From Octopus vulgaris (taxonomy: Eukaryota): 64,000 bases of DNA. Location of the stretch: NCBI GenBank assembly GCA_951406725.2, contig OX597816.1, positions 138,012,001 through 138,076,000 on the forward strand. The letters are read 5' to 3'. Positions within the stretch are counted from its first letter, which is position 1, and each line of letters opens with the position of its first letter. The position numbers and the translations under genes were made by a program. A model generated the notes under the pieces. The model was not told the DNA's origin, did no database searches, and saw only the letters and a program-made list of their open reading frames with translations. Of the stretch, positions 1-12,640 are shown piece by piece.

Positions 1-112
1 TTTTTGAAGCCTGGTATTTATTTTATCGGTCACTTTTGCCAAATCGATAATGCATGAGGAGCGAACACCGGTTACCAAGCGGTGGTGGATAACAAATAAG
101 GACACAACCGCG

Positions 113-305
113 TATGTATCGTTGGCGATTTTCTTCCTCCGTCTTCCCTTCCTTTGGACTTTCCTCTATTTCCGAAGAAGTGCTTGGCTCGAAACGTTAA
201 ATTCTCTTTCCTTCCTTTCCTGAGCGTCTAATAATACAGTACTTGCACCACCTTCTCGCGTTATTGTTGGTTTTTCCTGTTTGTTCTTCTTTGTTTGTCT
301 TCACT
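113..305 (+). mobile_element. Short Penelope-type terminal-repeat fragment with degenerate hammerhead motif, inserted in a SINE
   Basis: ATTT-CCGAAGA-AGTGCTTGGCTC-GAAACGTTA-AAT at 168-203 resembles PLE hammerheads. The fragment separates the two halves (1-105 and 346-496) of a minus-strand family A SINE. Confidence 0.5.
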
Positions 306-345
306 ATATATATATATATATGTGTGTGTGTGTATGTGTGTGTGT

Positions 346-496
346 GACTGGTTTCTTTAAATTTCCGTCCACCAAATCCATTTGGTTGGTCTTCTATAGT
401 AGAAGACACTTGTCCAAAGTGCCATGCAGTGGGAGTGAGCTCAGAATCATGTGGTTGGGAAGCAAGCTTTTTACCACAAGGCCACGTCTGCGCCTA
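346..496 (-). mobile_element. tRNA-derived SINE family A, 5' half (3' half at 1-105)
   Basis: Diverged match to the complete copies at 5385-5787 and 42298-42718 (agaagacacttg.ccaag.tgcca.gcagtggga). Confidence 0.75.
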
Positions 497-1224
497 GTGC
501 ACATATTATGGCACAACCATATGCAATTGAAAAGTAAAGTCAAATGTAGCAACAATTTTTGGTTCACTTTTTATTTCTTTTCACAATCAAATTTCATCTT
601 ATTACGAAATCAAATACTCGCAAATTATTTACCACGAAACTCTACTGGTTATTCCTTTCACGTTCTAATCACATACCATCATTTGAATGTCGCTTTTTGT
701 CAGATAACGAATCTTATTTAGAGAATATTTTTAAATACAGTAAACTTGCGAAGTTGATATAAATTTTACAAAACCTCATTTGTCTTTTCATTGCTTAACC
801 TCTTCTCACACTCTATCACACTTCATTCTTTCTCAGCATCGTAGGATTAAAAGGGTACGTAATTGTATAGTCTACGTTTTAATTGGTTTAGTTCAGCATC
901 AAAATCTCACTTGCCTCCATAAACATTACGCTATAATTTATGTGTCTTTAACACCAGCCAAACACATAAACCCTCTCTATACAGATTAATTACCAGATAT
1001 TACACTCAATAAGGCTGCAACGTACCATTCCTAATTCTGCTGTATTGAAATGCAGCAGAAATTGCAAATAGAATTACAAAATGTTGTGAATATGAGCATG
1101 AGAATACAAGCAATTGTATATAGACTGACAAAGGTTAAGAATGATAATTCAGTGAAGACAAAATAATAAGTCCCATAAAACTATAGGATATTAATTAGTT
1201 TTATGTATTATATAACACAGGTTC

Positions 1225-1390
1225 AGTCGCGAGTGCATATGGTTAAGAAGCTCGCTTTTCAACCACGTAGTTTCGGGATCAGTCCCACTGCATGGTACCT
1301 TTGGCAAGTGTTTTCTATTATAATGCACTGGAACAAACAATGCTTTGTGAGCAAATTAGGTAAACGGAAACTGTGTGGAAGCCCGTCAGA
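1225..1390 (+). mobile_element. SINE family A, diverged 5' part
   Basis: tggttaagaagctcgct...cagtcccactgcatggtacctttggcaagtg matches the family A head. Confidence 0.65.
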
Positions 1391-1413
1391 TATATACATG
1401 TATATATATATAT

Positions 1414-1461
<48 letters not shown>

Positions 1462-1464
<3 letters not shown>

Positions 1465-1822
1465 CAAAACGCCCCCGTCCAATGGATGGTGGTGAGTTGT
1501 CAAACATTTAAAGCAAAGTTTCTCAAAACAATTTGTCCGACCGTCCCATAGGCCTCCCTTTTGAGAAACACTAATTTAACCTAAATTTGAGACACCAGCA
1601 AACGAAGAAATAAAGATAGACTTTCTTTCTATTCCAAGAAAAGCGATTTTACAAATGCACGTTCCCACAGCTTTATCGATCGCATTCTCACCTGGAATCG
1701 ACTTTTGTAATTTTTTCAAGGCTTATTCACAGCCTGATACCGTCGGTATCTACATATCAAATTTGAGCGCAATCGGATGGAGGATGTCCGAGATCCTAGA
1801 AGACAGAACAGATTTTATATTA
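1462..1822 (-). mobile_element. Non-autonomous Helitron-like repeat (second copy at 22517-22891)
   Basis: Close inverse homologue of 22517-22891 (same spurious ORF MHVPTALSIAFSPGI in both). 5' end TATATAAAATC..CTGTC; short subterminal hairpin cc(a/g)tccattggacgg near the 3' end. Confidence 0.6.
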
Positions 1823-1863
1823 TATATATATATATATGTATATATATATACACACACAAACAT

Positions 1864-1972
<109 letters not shown>

Positions 1973-2004
1973 TGTATGTATGTATGTATGTATTCTTTTA
2001 TTTG

Positions 2005-3135
2005 TTCTTTAGCATTAGTGGGCGATTGGAACACCATTTTGGATGCACGTATGGATGGGTGGGGATAGCGGATAGGAAAGTGGGGAGCGCAACCCTCGCA
2101 AACCTGCTCAGAGAGTTTCAGATTGGATTTCCCTAATACTCCAGATTTGTGCGGCATTTCAGCAGCACTTTGCTGAACTGCACGGGACGAGTGGTGGCCC
2201 GGAGGTGGAGGTGAACTTTTCTTCCTACCTTGCATGTATGCCGCGGCTTTTGGCGAGGGACGTGGAATTCTGCTGGAGATATACGGCTGAAGATAACGGC
2301 TGAAGATATATGTGACGCGTTGGTTAGTTGCACGAGAGAGAAGTCTCCAGGATTGGATGGTCTGCCCTTCGATCTTTATATACACATGCAAGACTTGTTC
2401 GGTGAGCTTTTGTGAGACGTCAACCGCAACTAGCAGCACAATGGCAGAATACTTGGATCTATGAGCCGAGGTGTGGTGACGCTACTGAGAAAGGATCCGA
2501 ACAAGAAGGGCATCGTTGATAAATTTAGGCCGGTAACTCTGCTAAATGCAGATTACAAAATTTTGGCCATGATGCTAGCAAAGAGGTTGGTGCTTGTCGT
2601 TGACAAACTGGCGGGTGAGGCGCAGACTTGCGCTACCTCAGCAGAACTATACACGACAAACTCCAACTCACGCGATACATCATAGAGAGGGTTGGTAAAG
2701 AACCTCACATGGGTGGGGGCCTAGACCATTTGGACCAAACGAAAGCTTTTGATAGGGTCAACCATCTGTACTTAGAGGAAGTTCTCTAGGCGGCTGATTT
2801 CTGTCCCCTTTTCAGAGGCTTGATCGCTGCAATGTACAGCGACATCTGTTCGGTGGTCAAAGTAAATGGCCACCTCTCGGAATCGTCTAGTATTGTACGT
2901 TCAGTCCGACAAGGATACCACTTCTCTACGTACTGGCACTCGAGCCATTACTGCGGAAACTGGAGGCTTCGAGGGGCATCCCGCGTGAACTCAGATATGA
3001 AAGGTTCGTGTCAGCGTATGCGGATGAAGTCACCGTGATAGTGTGGGATATCTCGGAAATAAGATGGTCGGCTCTAACCAAAGGGAATACGAAACGGTAA
3101 CAGGAGCAATTATCAACCACGAGAAGTCGGTGGGA
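2005..3135 (+). mobile_element. L1/Tx1-clade LINE ORF2 remnant (endonuclease end plus RT, internally deleted, with stops and frameshifts)
   Basis: Motifs LVGDWNTILD, KSPGLDGLP, RGVVTLLRK, FRPVTLLNADYKILA, LDQTKAFDRV, SVRQG, SAYADEVT. Confidence 0.9.
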
Positions 3136-3833
3136 CTGACAAAAGCCTTTGATACCGTTAATAGAAATGCACTGTGGAAAGTCCTCTAGAAACTTGGTTG
3201 TCCTGAAAAGTTCCTTGCTTTTCATGAAACCATGAATGGTAGGGTTAATGTTAGAGGTAAAATATCGGAGCCCATCTCAATACAAAATGGAGTGAAACAG
3301 GGAGATATTCCGGCACCAACCCAATTTGCCATATATTTTGCGATGGTTTTCTGTATTGCGTTCAGAAATTGCAGATATGGTGTTTACGTCCATTATCGAA
3401 CCTCTGGCAGCATATTTAATATCAGGCGCTTTGCTGCAAACACAAAGGTATTTACCTCTATCATAAGAGATCTTTTGTATGCAGGTGATTGTGATCTAGT
3501 AGCACACACAGAGATTGATATGCAACACATTTTGAATGCATTTTCTGTTGCTTGCACTGCCTTAGGATTGACTGTCAGTCTCAAGAGAGCTGTTGTCATG
3601 TACCTACCTGCCCCTGGTAAGCAGTATAGTGAACCAAATATCTATGTATATGGTAAACAACTTGGTGCAGTTGATCAGTTTGTCTACCTGGTAAACACTG
3701 TTAATAGATATAGCAATTCGGTAAATGAAATTCCATACAGAATTAGAAAAGCAAGTGATGCTTTCGGAAGGCTAGAAAGGCGCCTCTGGAGTCGGCGAGA
3801 CATATGCAGGAAGACAGCGATAAAGGTATACAA

Positions 3834-3873
<40 letters not shown>

Positions 3874-4747
3874 CTTCTTTATGCCTGTAAGATCTGGGTC
3901 GCATACTGATACCACCTTAAGCATCTGGAACGTTTCCATCAGAAATGTCTCAGACGGATCTATGGCATTAAGTGGGAGGACCGCATCAGTGGTCTTGAGA
4001 TATTGGAAAGCTCTCGGTGTGAAAGTATAGAAGCTCTTTTGTTGAGGCAAAGGCTCAGATGGAGTGGTCATCTGGTCTGGGTGAAAGGTTCAAGGATGTT
4101 AAAACAACTCTTTTATGGAGAGTTAGCTAAAGGAGAACGACCTCCACATAAACCAAAAAGAGGTATAAAGATTTGCTGAAGGCTTCATTGAGAGATGCCA
4201 GCATCTCTCCTGACACATGGAAGGGTATAGCTATTGACCGTAGCAGGTGGAGAAGGATTGTGCATGAGGGGAAAGCTACTTTTGATAAATCTGGAGTTGC
4301 GTATGAGAAAGTAAGGAGGGATATCAGGAAGCGCATCGCCCTTGCACTTCCAGACAGTAAGGATCTTCCTATGATGCTGACATGCAGTGTCTGTGCAAAA
4401 CCCTGCCTCAGTAAAGCTGGACTCAAGAGTCATCTTCGTAGTCATAAAGCGAGACCGATGATTGACTACCAGGCCGCTGGTGGTGGTGCTACACACCATA
4501 CTAATCATATCTGTCAGGCATGTGGAATGGAGCTTGATTTGGCAAGAGGACTTAAACGACATGCAAAGGTACATGAAGCCCAATTACAACTACAGCCGGC
4601 TATTGCCAATAAAGGTTTTAGCTGCCAATTCTGTACAAGACATTGTAGATCTTTAGCTGGGCTAAAAAGTCACATTCGATCAAAACACCGTTAAAAAGTT
4701 AAGCATCGAGCAATGGCCATACTCGATAACGAGGGGGGTAGCCATCA
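3136..4747 (+). mobile_element. 5'-truncated RTE (BovB-like) LINE: RT C-terminal half, three C2H2 fingers, 3' UTR and microsatellite tail
   Basis: LTKAFDTVNR, NGVKQG, DLLYAGD (YADD mutated), RIRKASDAFGRL, LERFHQKCLRRI, RLRWSGHL, DRSRWRRIVHEG; followed by (TATG)n. Confidence 0.92.
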
Positions 4748-4894
4748 TGTATGTATGTATGTATGTATGTATGTATGTATGTATGTATGTATGTATGTAT
4801 GTATGTATGTATGCATGTATGTGTGTGTGTGTGTGAGTGCATGTAAGCATGTATGAATGTATGTGTGTGTGTGTGTGTGTGTGTGCGTATGTAC

Positions 4895-5211
4895 TGACAC
4901 TCTGTCAGTTACGACGGTGAGGGTTCCAGTTGATCCAATCAACGGAACAGACTTCGTGAAATTAACGAACAAATGTTTGAGCATTCCATAGACACGTGTG
5001 CCCTTAACGTAGTTGTCAGCGACATTCAGCGTGATACAGAATGTGACAAGGCCGGCCCTTTGAAATACAAGTACAACTAATTTTTGCCAGCTGATTGGAC
5101 TGAGCTACGCGAAATAGAGTGTCTTGCTCAAGGACACAACTCGCCGCTGGGAATTGAACTCACGACCTTACGATCGTGAGTTCAATTCCTAACCACTAAG
5201 CCAAGTGCCTT
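4895..5211 (-). mobile_element. tRNA-derived SINE family C
   Basis: Reverse complement has A box tggcttagtgg, B box gagttcaattcc and tgtgtccttgagcaagacac; homologous to 44543-44862. Confidence 0.85.
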
Positions 5212-5266
5212 ATGACCCTGAGTGCATACATACATATATACATACATACATACATACATACATACA

Positions 5267-5298
<32 letters not shown>

Positions 5299-5384
5299 CA
5301 TATGTGTGTGTGTGTATATATATATATATATGTATGTATATATATCTATACATAATATCGTTGCTATTATGTTAAACTGTCGTA

Positions 5385-5787
5385 TACTCTTTTACTCTTT
5401 TACTTGTTTCAGTCATTTGACTGCGGCTATGCTGGAGCAACGCCTTTAGTCGAGCAATTCGACCCCGGGACTTATTCTTTGTAAGCCCAGTACTTAATCT
5501 ATCGGTCCCTTTTGCCGAACTGCTAAGTGACGGGGACGTAAACACACCAGCATCGGTTGTCAAGCAATGCTAGGGGGACAAACACAAACACACACACATA
5601 CACACATATATATATATATACATATATACGACAGGCTTCTTTCAGTTTCCGTCTACCAAATCCACTCACAAGGTATTGGTCGGTCCGGGGCTATAGCAGA
5701 AGACACTTGCCCAAGATGCCACGCAGTGGGACTGAACCCGGAACCATGTGGTTGGTTAGCAAGCTACTTACCACACAGCCACTCCTG
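5385..5787 (-). mobile_element. tRNA-derived SINE family A, full length
   Basis: Head caggagtggctgtgtggtaag...gggttcagtccc, internal (TA)/(TG) tract, (GAGTAAAA)n tail; near-identical copies at 42298, 50919, 51373 and 61362. Confidence 0.9.
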
Positions 5788-6127
5788 TCCAAATTCTATC
5801 AATATTTAATTTTGCTTGCAATAGCCAATTTTTTTGGTCAAACTATCGTACTTGTAACTGCTTCAGATGCCAAGGTATCAAAAATTGTCAAAGTGTAGTA
5901 CAACGGTATTGCTATGGAATGGTGAAACTATTCATATATAATCATAAGGATGTCAAGAAAACACGCACACACTCGCACACGCGCACACACACACACAACA
6001 TGCACATACACTAGATATTGAATTCGACTCCCCAAAAAGGGGAATATTCTAAGGAATCAAACATTCTCTATAATTTACATGTCTTGAAGGGAAACCATAG
6101 TCTAATTCTCCGTAGACAAGACTATAA

Positions 6128-6170
6128 CTGTGTACACCAGTTTCTGCCTCAACAGGCGTCATCAGACAAT
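6128..6170 (-). ncRNA. Hammerhead ribozyme-like motif (type I, minimal)
   Basis: Minus strand reads CTGATGA-CGCCT-GTTG-AGGCA-GAAAC-TGGT-GTA: canonical core, stem II GCCT/AGGC, GUA triplet; stem I is weak. Confidence 0.55.
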
Positions 6171-6413
6171 AGTTGTTCGACCTCGACTCCTGTAGACAAA
6201 GGACTTAGATTTATACATAAAGAATATTTATAGATATAAAACAAAAATGAGCTTAGGCGCCATCAGCTTACTGGCTGCCCTCCCTTGACACCAGTAGATA
6301 TATGTCTTAGACGATAAGACAAGTGAACAATTATACCGAATGAGAATTTGCATAATTGAAACAATAAAACCGAATGGAAATAACCCACAGCGGTCAGTGA
6401 CATGAATTTTAAC

Positions 6414-6414
<1 letters not shown>

Positions 6415-6455
<41 letters not shown>

Positions 6456-6470
6456 GTGCGTGTGTGTGTG

Positions 6471-6509
<39 letters not shown>

Positions 6510-6870
6510 GTGTATGTCTGTTTCTGTTTGTGTTTGTGAGACAGAGAGAGGGAGAGACAGAGAGAGAAAGGTACAGAGAGCATATATGTATATATATATA
6601 TACATATATATACGTTTATATGTGTATGTATTTATATAGGTATATACATGTTTTTATACGAGTGTATCTATGTACGTGTATATATACGTGTGTGTGTGTA
6701 TGCGTGTATATATACACACACTCACGTTTATAAGATTATACATCACTTTTATACATGCAAGTTCCAGTGTATATATATGTGTATATGTATATAATATATA
6801 CATATGTATATAATACATACATACATAAATATATATATGTGTGTGTGTGTATGTAGATATACACATGTAA

Positions 6871-6917
<47 letters not shown>

Positions 6918-7471
6918 AGCACCTATATATGTATACATATAATACAAACATTCATACATATATGTATACATAAATATTCATATGTATGTATGCTTGTATC
7001 TGTGTGCGCATTCCTATATACGCCTGTGTATGAGCGTGAGTACATGTGTATATGTGAAGCGTGTTTGTATGATCAGGTTCAAATTGCAACAACAAATACT
7101 AGCACCGCGACGAAAACTGATAAGAAAAAAAAAATCAACAGAAACACATCGAAAAACTAAACACACACTCACACATACACGTACACTCCCACATACATAT
7201 TCAGAGACACACACACGCACCCAGGAAATCATATGGAATAAGAATCGAAGTGATAATGTAGAAGAAAGTAAAAGTGAATGGTCGGCGTATGTGCAGTCCA
7301 TTAGTTGAGGCTAATAAAGGACCCATTTAACTGCCAATATATATTTCACTGGAAACATCATATCAATAAACAGTGACTCATATCGTAAAGACAATTCAAA
7401 TCTCCAATTTAAAATACAACATTAAATGATGTCTTGTTAGTATTTTCAAAATTTTTTGCTTATTCGTTATT

Positions 7472-7530
<59 letters not shown>

Positions 7531-7562
7531 CTGTGTGTATATATGTATGTATGTATATATAT

Positions 7563-7630
<68 letters not shown>

Positions 7631-7738
7631 CAGTATATATATATAAATGTATATATATATATGTACATATAAATATGAGTATACATATATATATATATAT
7701 ATATACATGGATATATAAATATATACATACATGCATGC

Positions 7739-7781
<43 letters not shown>

Positions 7782-7786
7782 CACAC

Positions 7787-7827
<41 letters not shown>

Positions 7828-7987
7828 CATACATACATACATACATACACACACGGTCTCTTTTTTTCTTCTTTCATTAAACATGGATATGTCTAGAAGG
7901 AATAAAAGTGTTTAATCTATCATCATCATCATCATCATTCTTCTTCTTCTTCTTATAATAATTATTATTATTATTATTATTATTATT

Positions 7988-8038
<51 letters not shown>

Positions 8039-8045
8039 ATTGTTC
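6415..8045. repeat. Compound microsatellite field (TG)n, (TA)n, (CA)n, (ATT)n, (GTT)n
   Basis: Directly visible; it accounts for the YIYI/CVCV ORFs here. Confidence 0.95.
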
Positions 8046-8483
8046 ATCGAGCTGTCAAAATCGTTAGCATGCCGGGCAAAATGCTTGGTGGCATTTTGTC
8101 CGGCTTTACATTCTCAATTCAAATTCCTCCAACGGCAAAGGTTTTTTTCCTAAGGTCATACATAATTCTTTTGTAGACGTGAGTTAGTCTCCCATGATAT
8201 TCAAGGCAAGCAGTCCTTCAGAAATTCGGAATTTTATCAATTTCCTGTAATTTATGAGGGCTGTCACGAGACCTTCAACAGAGACATTTTACCACATTTG
8301 CTCTTTTATATGATCAAAGTCTTTGAATCCAGGGGTTGTTTTGAATCCAAGGGTTGCTTTCAAAAAGGTGCGACGATATCAACGTCCAAAACCTTTGTAC
8401 ATACACTTCGATAGTTGTTGATCTGAATACTTATATCAGTGTTAGCTATTTTCTAGTAAAATCCCTTGGAACTGTATTGGAGT

Positions 8484-8515
<32 letters not shown>

Positions 8516-8988
8516 TGTCATCGTCGTCATCTTCATCATCGTCGTCGTCATCATCATCATCATCATCATTATCATCATCGTCATCACCGTCACTTTGTTG
8601 CTGTTGTTGTTAATGTTGTTGTTGTTATTGTTTTTGTTCTTCTTTTCCTTCTCCTCCACCCCCTCCTCCTCCTGCTCCTCCTTCTTCTTCTTCTCTAATA
8701 TGGCACATCTATTAAAAGCCGCCACATAGAACTTCAAATGCTTCGTTCCTTTTAATATTTACCCTCACCCTTTAACTCTCTTTATGTTTAATAACTCATT
8801 TTTGATCAAAATCTGCACACACATGCGTGCACACACGAAAACACATACATAAACACGCTTATACATATCCACAAATATGTTAACCGGATATCTCACAAAT
8901 ATTCCTCATTCGCGTAGCGTAACACAGAATGGCGACACTAATCGCCCGCGAATGTACACACGCACATACAAACATTCACATATATATG

Positions 8989-9042
<54 letters not shown>

Positions 9043-9149
9043 ACACGAAAATAAACAAAAGACGAAGGCAGGTGGATAAATCTAACAAATATAGTATGGC
9101 GCTCGCATATAAATATATACATACATACATATATAAATAGAAATATATA

Positions 9150-9302
<153 letters not shown>

Positions 9303-9356
9303 ATATACATATATCTCTCTCTATATATATATATGTATGTATGTAAAACCGGTAAA

Positions 9357-9486
9357 AGTTTTAGTTGCCAATTCTGTACAAGACATTGTAGATCTTTAGC
9401 TGGGCTAAAAAGTCACATTCGATCACTGCACCAGTAACAGTTAAGCTTCGTGCGATGGCCATACTCGATAACGAGGGGGCAGCCAT
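9357..9486 (+). mobile_element. Extreme 3' fragment of the same RTE family as 3136-4747
   Basis: tgccaattctgtacaagacattgtagatctttagctgggctaaaaagtcacattcgatc matches about 4623-4681, plus the 3' UTR ggccatactcgataacgaggggg. Confidence 0.9.
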
Positions 9487-9516
9487 AATATATATATGCG
9501 TATATGTATATAAATA

Positions 9517-9667
9517 AGGGTGGCTGTGATGTGTAAGAAGCTTGCGTTTCAACGACATGGTTCTGTGTTTTGTCCTACTGGACCTTGGGCAATTGTTTTC
9601 TAGCATACCCTCAGACCGACCAAAACCTTCTAAATGGATTTGGCAGACAGAAACTGAAAGAAGCCTG

Positions 9668-9714
<47 letters not shown>

Positions 9715-9955
9715 ATATACACGTATATATATCAATGTGTCTGTCCTTGTCCACCCATCACCATTTGACAATCGGTGTTGGTGTGGTTTACGTCCCTATA
9801 ACCTAGCGGTTCGGTCAAATAGTCGATAGAATATGTACTATGCTTTAAAAATAAGTCATGAGGTCGATTTATTTCACTAAAAATCCTTGAAAGCGATGAT
9901 CCAGCATAACCGCAGTCATATGACCAAAAGAGGTAAATGAACAAAAGAATAGAAG
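9517..9955 (+). mobile_element. SINE family A, diverged
   Basis: Family A head, gaccaaaacc..tggatttggcagac, body tagcggttcgg and ccagcat tail motif. Confidence 0.8.
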
Positions 9956-10004
9956 TATATATATATGTATGTGTATATATATATGTATATACGAGATGTA
10001 TATA

Positions 10005-10143
<139 letters not shown>

Positions 10144-10144
10144 A

Positions 10145-10175
<31 letters not shown>

Positions 10176-10536
10176 ATAAAACATATGTATATATAAAATA
10201 TATGTACGTACCTACTCTACATTACATATACACGCATATATGTACAGGACAATAAGGATGGCTGTGATGTGTAAGAAGCTTGCGTTTCAACGACATGGTT
10301 CTGTGTTTTGTCCTACTGGACCTTGGGCAATTGTTTTCTAGCATACCCTCAGACCGACCAAAACCTTCTAAATGGATTTGGCAGACAAATTTGTGAGATT
10401 TTGCTGCCCTGGTAACTAATCAATTCAAAATTTATCTTTTAGAGGGTTAACAAGGTAAAAAACAACAGTAACGATATACATAATATATAAATAGTATATA
10501 TATATATATAATATAAACATAGATATAGAAGGGCTA

Positions 10537-10580
<44 letters not shown>

Positions 10581-10581
<1 letters not shown>

Positions 10582-10730
10582 CGAGCTTCTTTCAGTTTCC
10601 GTCCATCGAATCTATTCACAAGGCTTTAGTCGGACCGGGGCTATTGTAGAAGACCTTCGCCTTAGGTGTCACGCAGTGGGCTCGAATAGAAGCCCATGTG
10701 GTTGGGAAGTAGCCTGCTCCAATACGCACA
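10581..10730 (-). mobile_element. SINE family A, 5' half, diverged
   Basis: gcttctttcagtttccgtc...cacgcagtggg...ccatgtggttgggaag. Confidence 0.75.
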
Positions 10731-10752
10731 CCGTCTCTCTCTCTCTCTCTTC

Positions 10753-10845
<93 letters not shown>

Positions 10846-11104
10846 TTCTATATGTATATGCTTTCACATAACCACCTTGAAATATTCGAAGATTGATGAC
10901 ATCCTAGTTGATGTGATATTCACCGGTAGAGAAGATGAAAATAAAAATCCGACAGCTGAAAGAAACTCTATCGTCTTTTTTGTGGAAAACGATTTATGAA
11001 GGTGGGTTCATCGTAGTACTCAAATAAATCTATTCTTTGTTTGAGTTGCCTACATAAATTACTTCAAGGAGCCTGGTTATAGGTAAATATATATATATAT
11101 ATAT

Positions 11105-11163
<59 letters not shown>

Positions 11164-11904
11164 GGAGAGAGAACTGGTTAACGGTAAATATATATTTTGA
11201 AATTATGGCAACGCTGTTACCAGAGTTACACAGTGAACTCGGCGAACATCCGAGTATCTCTGATATTCTCACTGTAAAAAGATCCGTGTGAAAATAGTTT
11301 AGGGGCTCAAGCCTGAAAGCCCTGATATTTCAAGTGCAAAGAAAAATAGAATGGCTTTTCTGCCTCCTCAGACAATACTCACTAAAATTAATAAGCAAAC
11401 TACAAGCAAATGAAGAACATTGACAGAATACTTCCGAGAGGTACCAAGCAACCGCAGGGTTGTGGAAGCAGTCACAGTAGCAATCTTGATAAGAAAAGCC
11501 ACGTCGGCTGCTACATAAGCCACAGAGGAACAGCATTATACAGATTTTCTTCTCCAGCACAATGTCACTGAAAGTCTTCCAGTCTTAAATTCTCACACTA
11601 CATCAAGCGACGAAGAGGAGGAAATGGAAAATGGATTGAAACAGCAGGTCGTGGATAGCAGCTACATCGATTAGTATCGGCGGAAAGGGAAAGTTATGAA
11701 AGCTTGGGGGTTATCCACGTCAAAACAACACCAAAAACCCTATAAAGTAACGTTTTCACTATTTAGTCTAGATTTTAGCAAGAGATTCAGACGGGTAACA
11801 TGAGCTGGTAAAGGAAAGATGAATGATATGCTAAGTGGGAAGGAAATAACGATATTCCTCTCTATTAATGAATGAAGATGGGATTGCACCTAGAACGTTA
11901 TCCA

Positions 11905-12165
11905 CTGAGGCATAACTCTGGGCAAGGTTGTTTAAATATCAGCAGTCACCCATGCGTACGTCACTGATGTTATCCAAGGGAAAGGCAAAGGCTGATACAG
12001 ATTTACCCCAGTGATGTCGCAAAGCATTTCTACAGCTAAGTGAACTGGAGCAACATGAAATGCAGTGTCTTGTTTAAGAACGCAATACACAGCTCGGTCC
12101 GGGTACCGAACTCACTACCTTGTGATTGTGAGTCCGGCGCTCTAGCCACTGATCCATGCGCCTTC
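11905..12165 (-). mobile_element. tRNA-derived SINE (family C-related; similar copy at 32398-32690)
   Basis: Shares gatgttatcc.agggaaa.gcaaagg...gatacag and aagtgaactggagcaac.tgaaat with 32540-32640. Confidence 0.7.
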
Positions 12166-12349
12166 CTCTCTACAAAGCAAAAGAAAACAGATCACTCGTC
12201 AAACTCCAGTGAGACATTTACGACAACAGAACTTCATTCCTTGCGAATGCTGGATGTTTCTTGGTGAGGTGAGTTACCTTCTTTGTACCGAAGAATTTGG
12301 TACCCGTAGCAAACATGTTTTGTTTTTTTACTTCACCCAACTCAAAAAA

Positions 12350-12640
12350 GGGACGTGAACTGGGGGCATCTAGAAGCAGTCTCTGCTTCCAGACATTATG
12401 AGAATTCCGATTGATTTCTAGTCTCTAGATTTAAATGTAATAATCAGTATACGGTTACAAAACATCTTCAAAGTAATTACAAGCCTTACTTCTTGCTCTT
12501 TCTGTTCATAGAGAATGGCAGGGTTGGTTTGAAAAGTCCTGGTATTCCATGTAGAGATACCCTTTCTAAATTTTGATGGCAAATTAATAGTTTTGGACGT
12601 CCTTAACAATGTAGTCGATGCTGTCATATGGACCGGCATT
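12350..12640 (-). mobile_element. Degraded LINE AP-endonuclease N-terminal remnant (probably RTE)
   Basis: Minus-strand ORF contains ISTWNTRT, resembling the xTWNVRT endonuclease start motif; the rest is unrecognisable. Confidence 0.4.

Noticed and set aside
4173-4694. Stand-alone host C2H2 zinc-finger gene
   Set aside because: It is the frameshifted continuation of the RTE ORF and is followed by the element's 3' UTR and tail.
6228-7896. Many ORFs rich in YI, CV, HT or LS dipeptides here and across the window
   Set aside because: They are translations of (TA)n, (TG)n, (CA)n and (TC)n microsatellites, which lack stop codons.
8150-8480. Possible LINE endonuclease remnant on the minus strand
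   Set aside because: Too degenerate to assign by eye.
8354-8737. Poly-His/poly-Met ORFs
   Set aside because: (CAT)n/(GTT)n trinucleotide repeats with no coding context.
11160-11900. Purine-rich stretch that might be a decayed retroelement ORF1
   Set aside because: Multiple stops and no motif I could identify with confidence.
12190-12275. Consensus donor GAG|GTGAGT at about 12269
   Set aside because: No credible upstream acceptor, and it lies between TE remnants.
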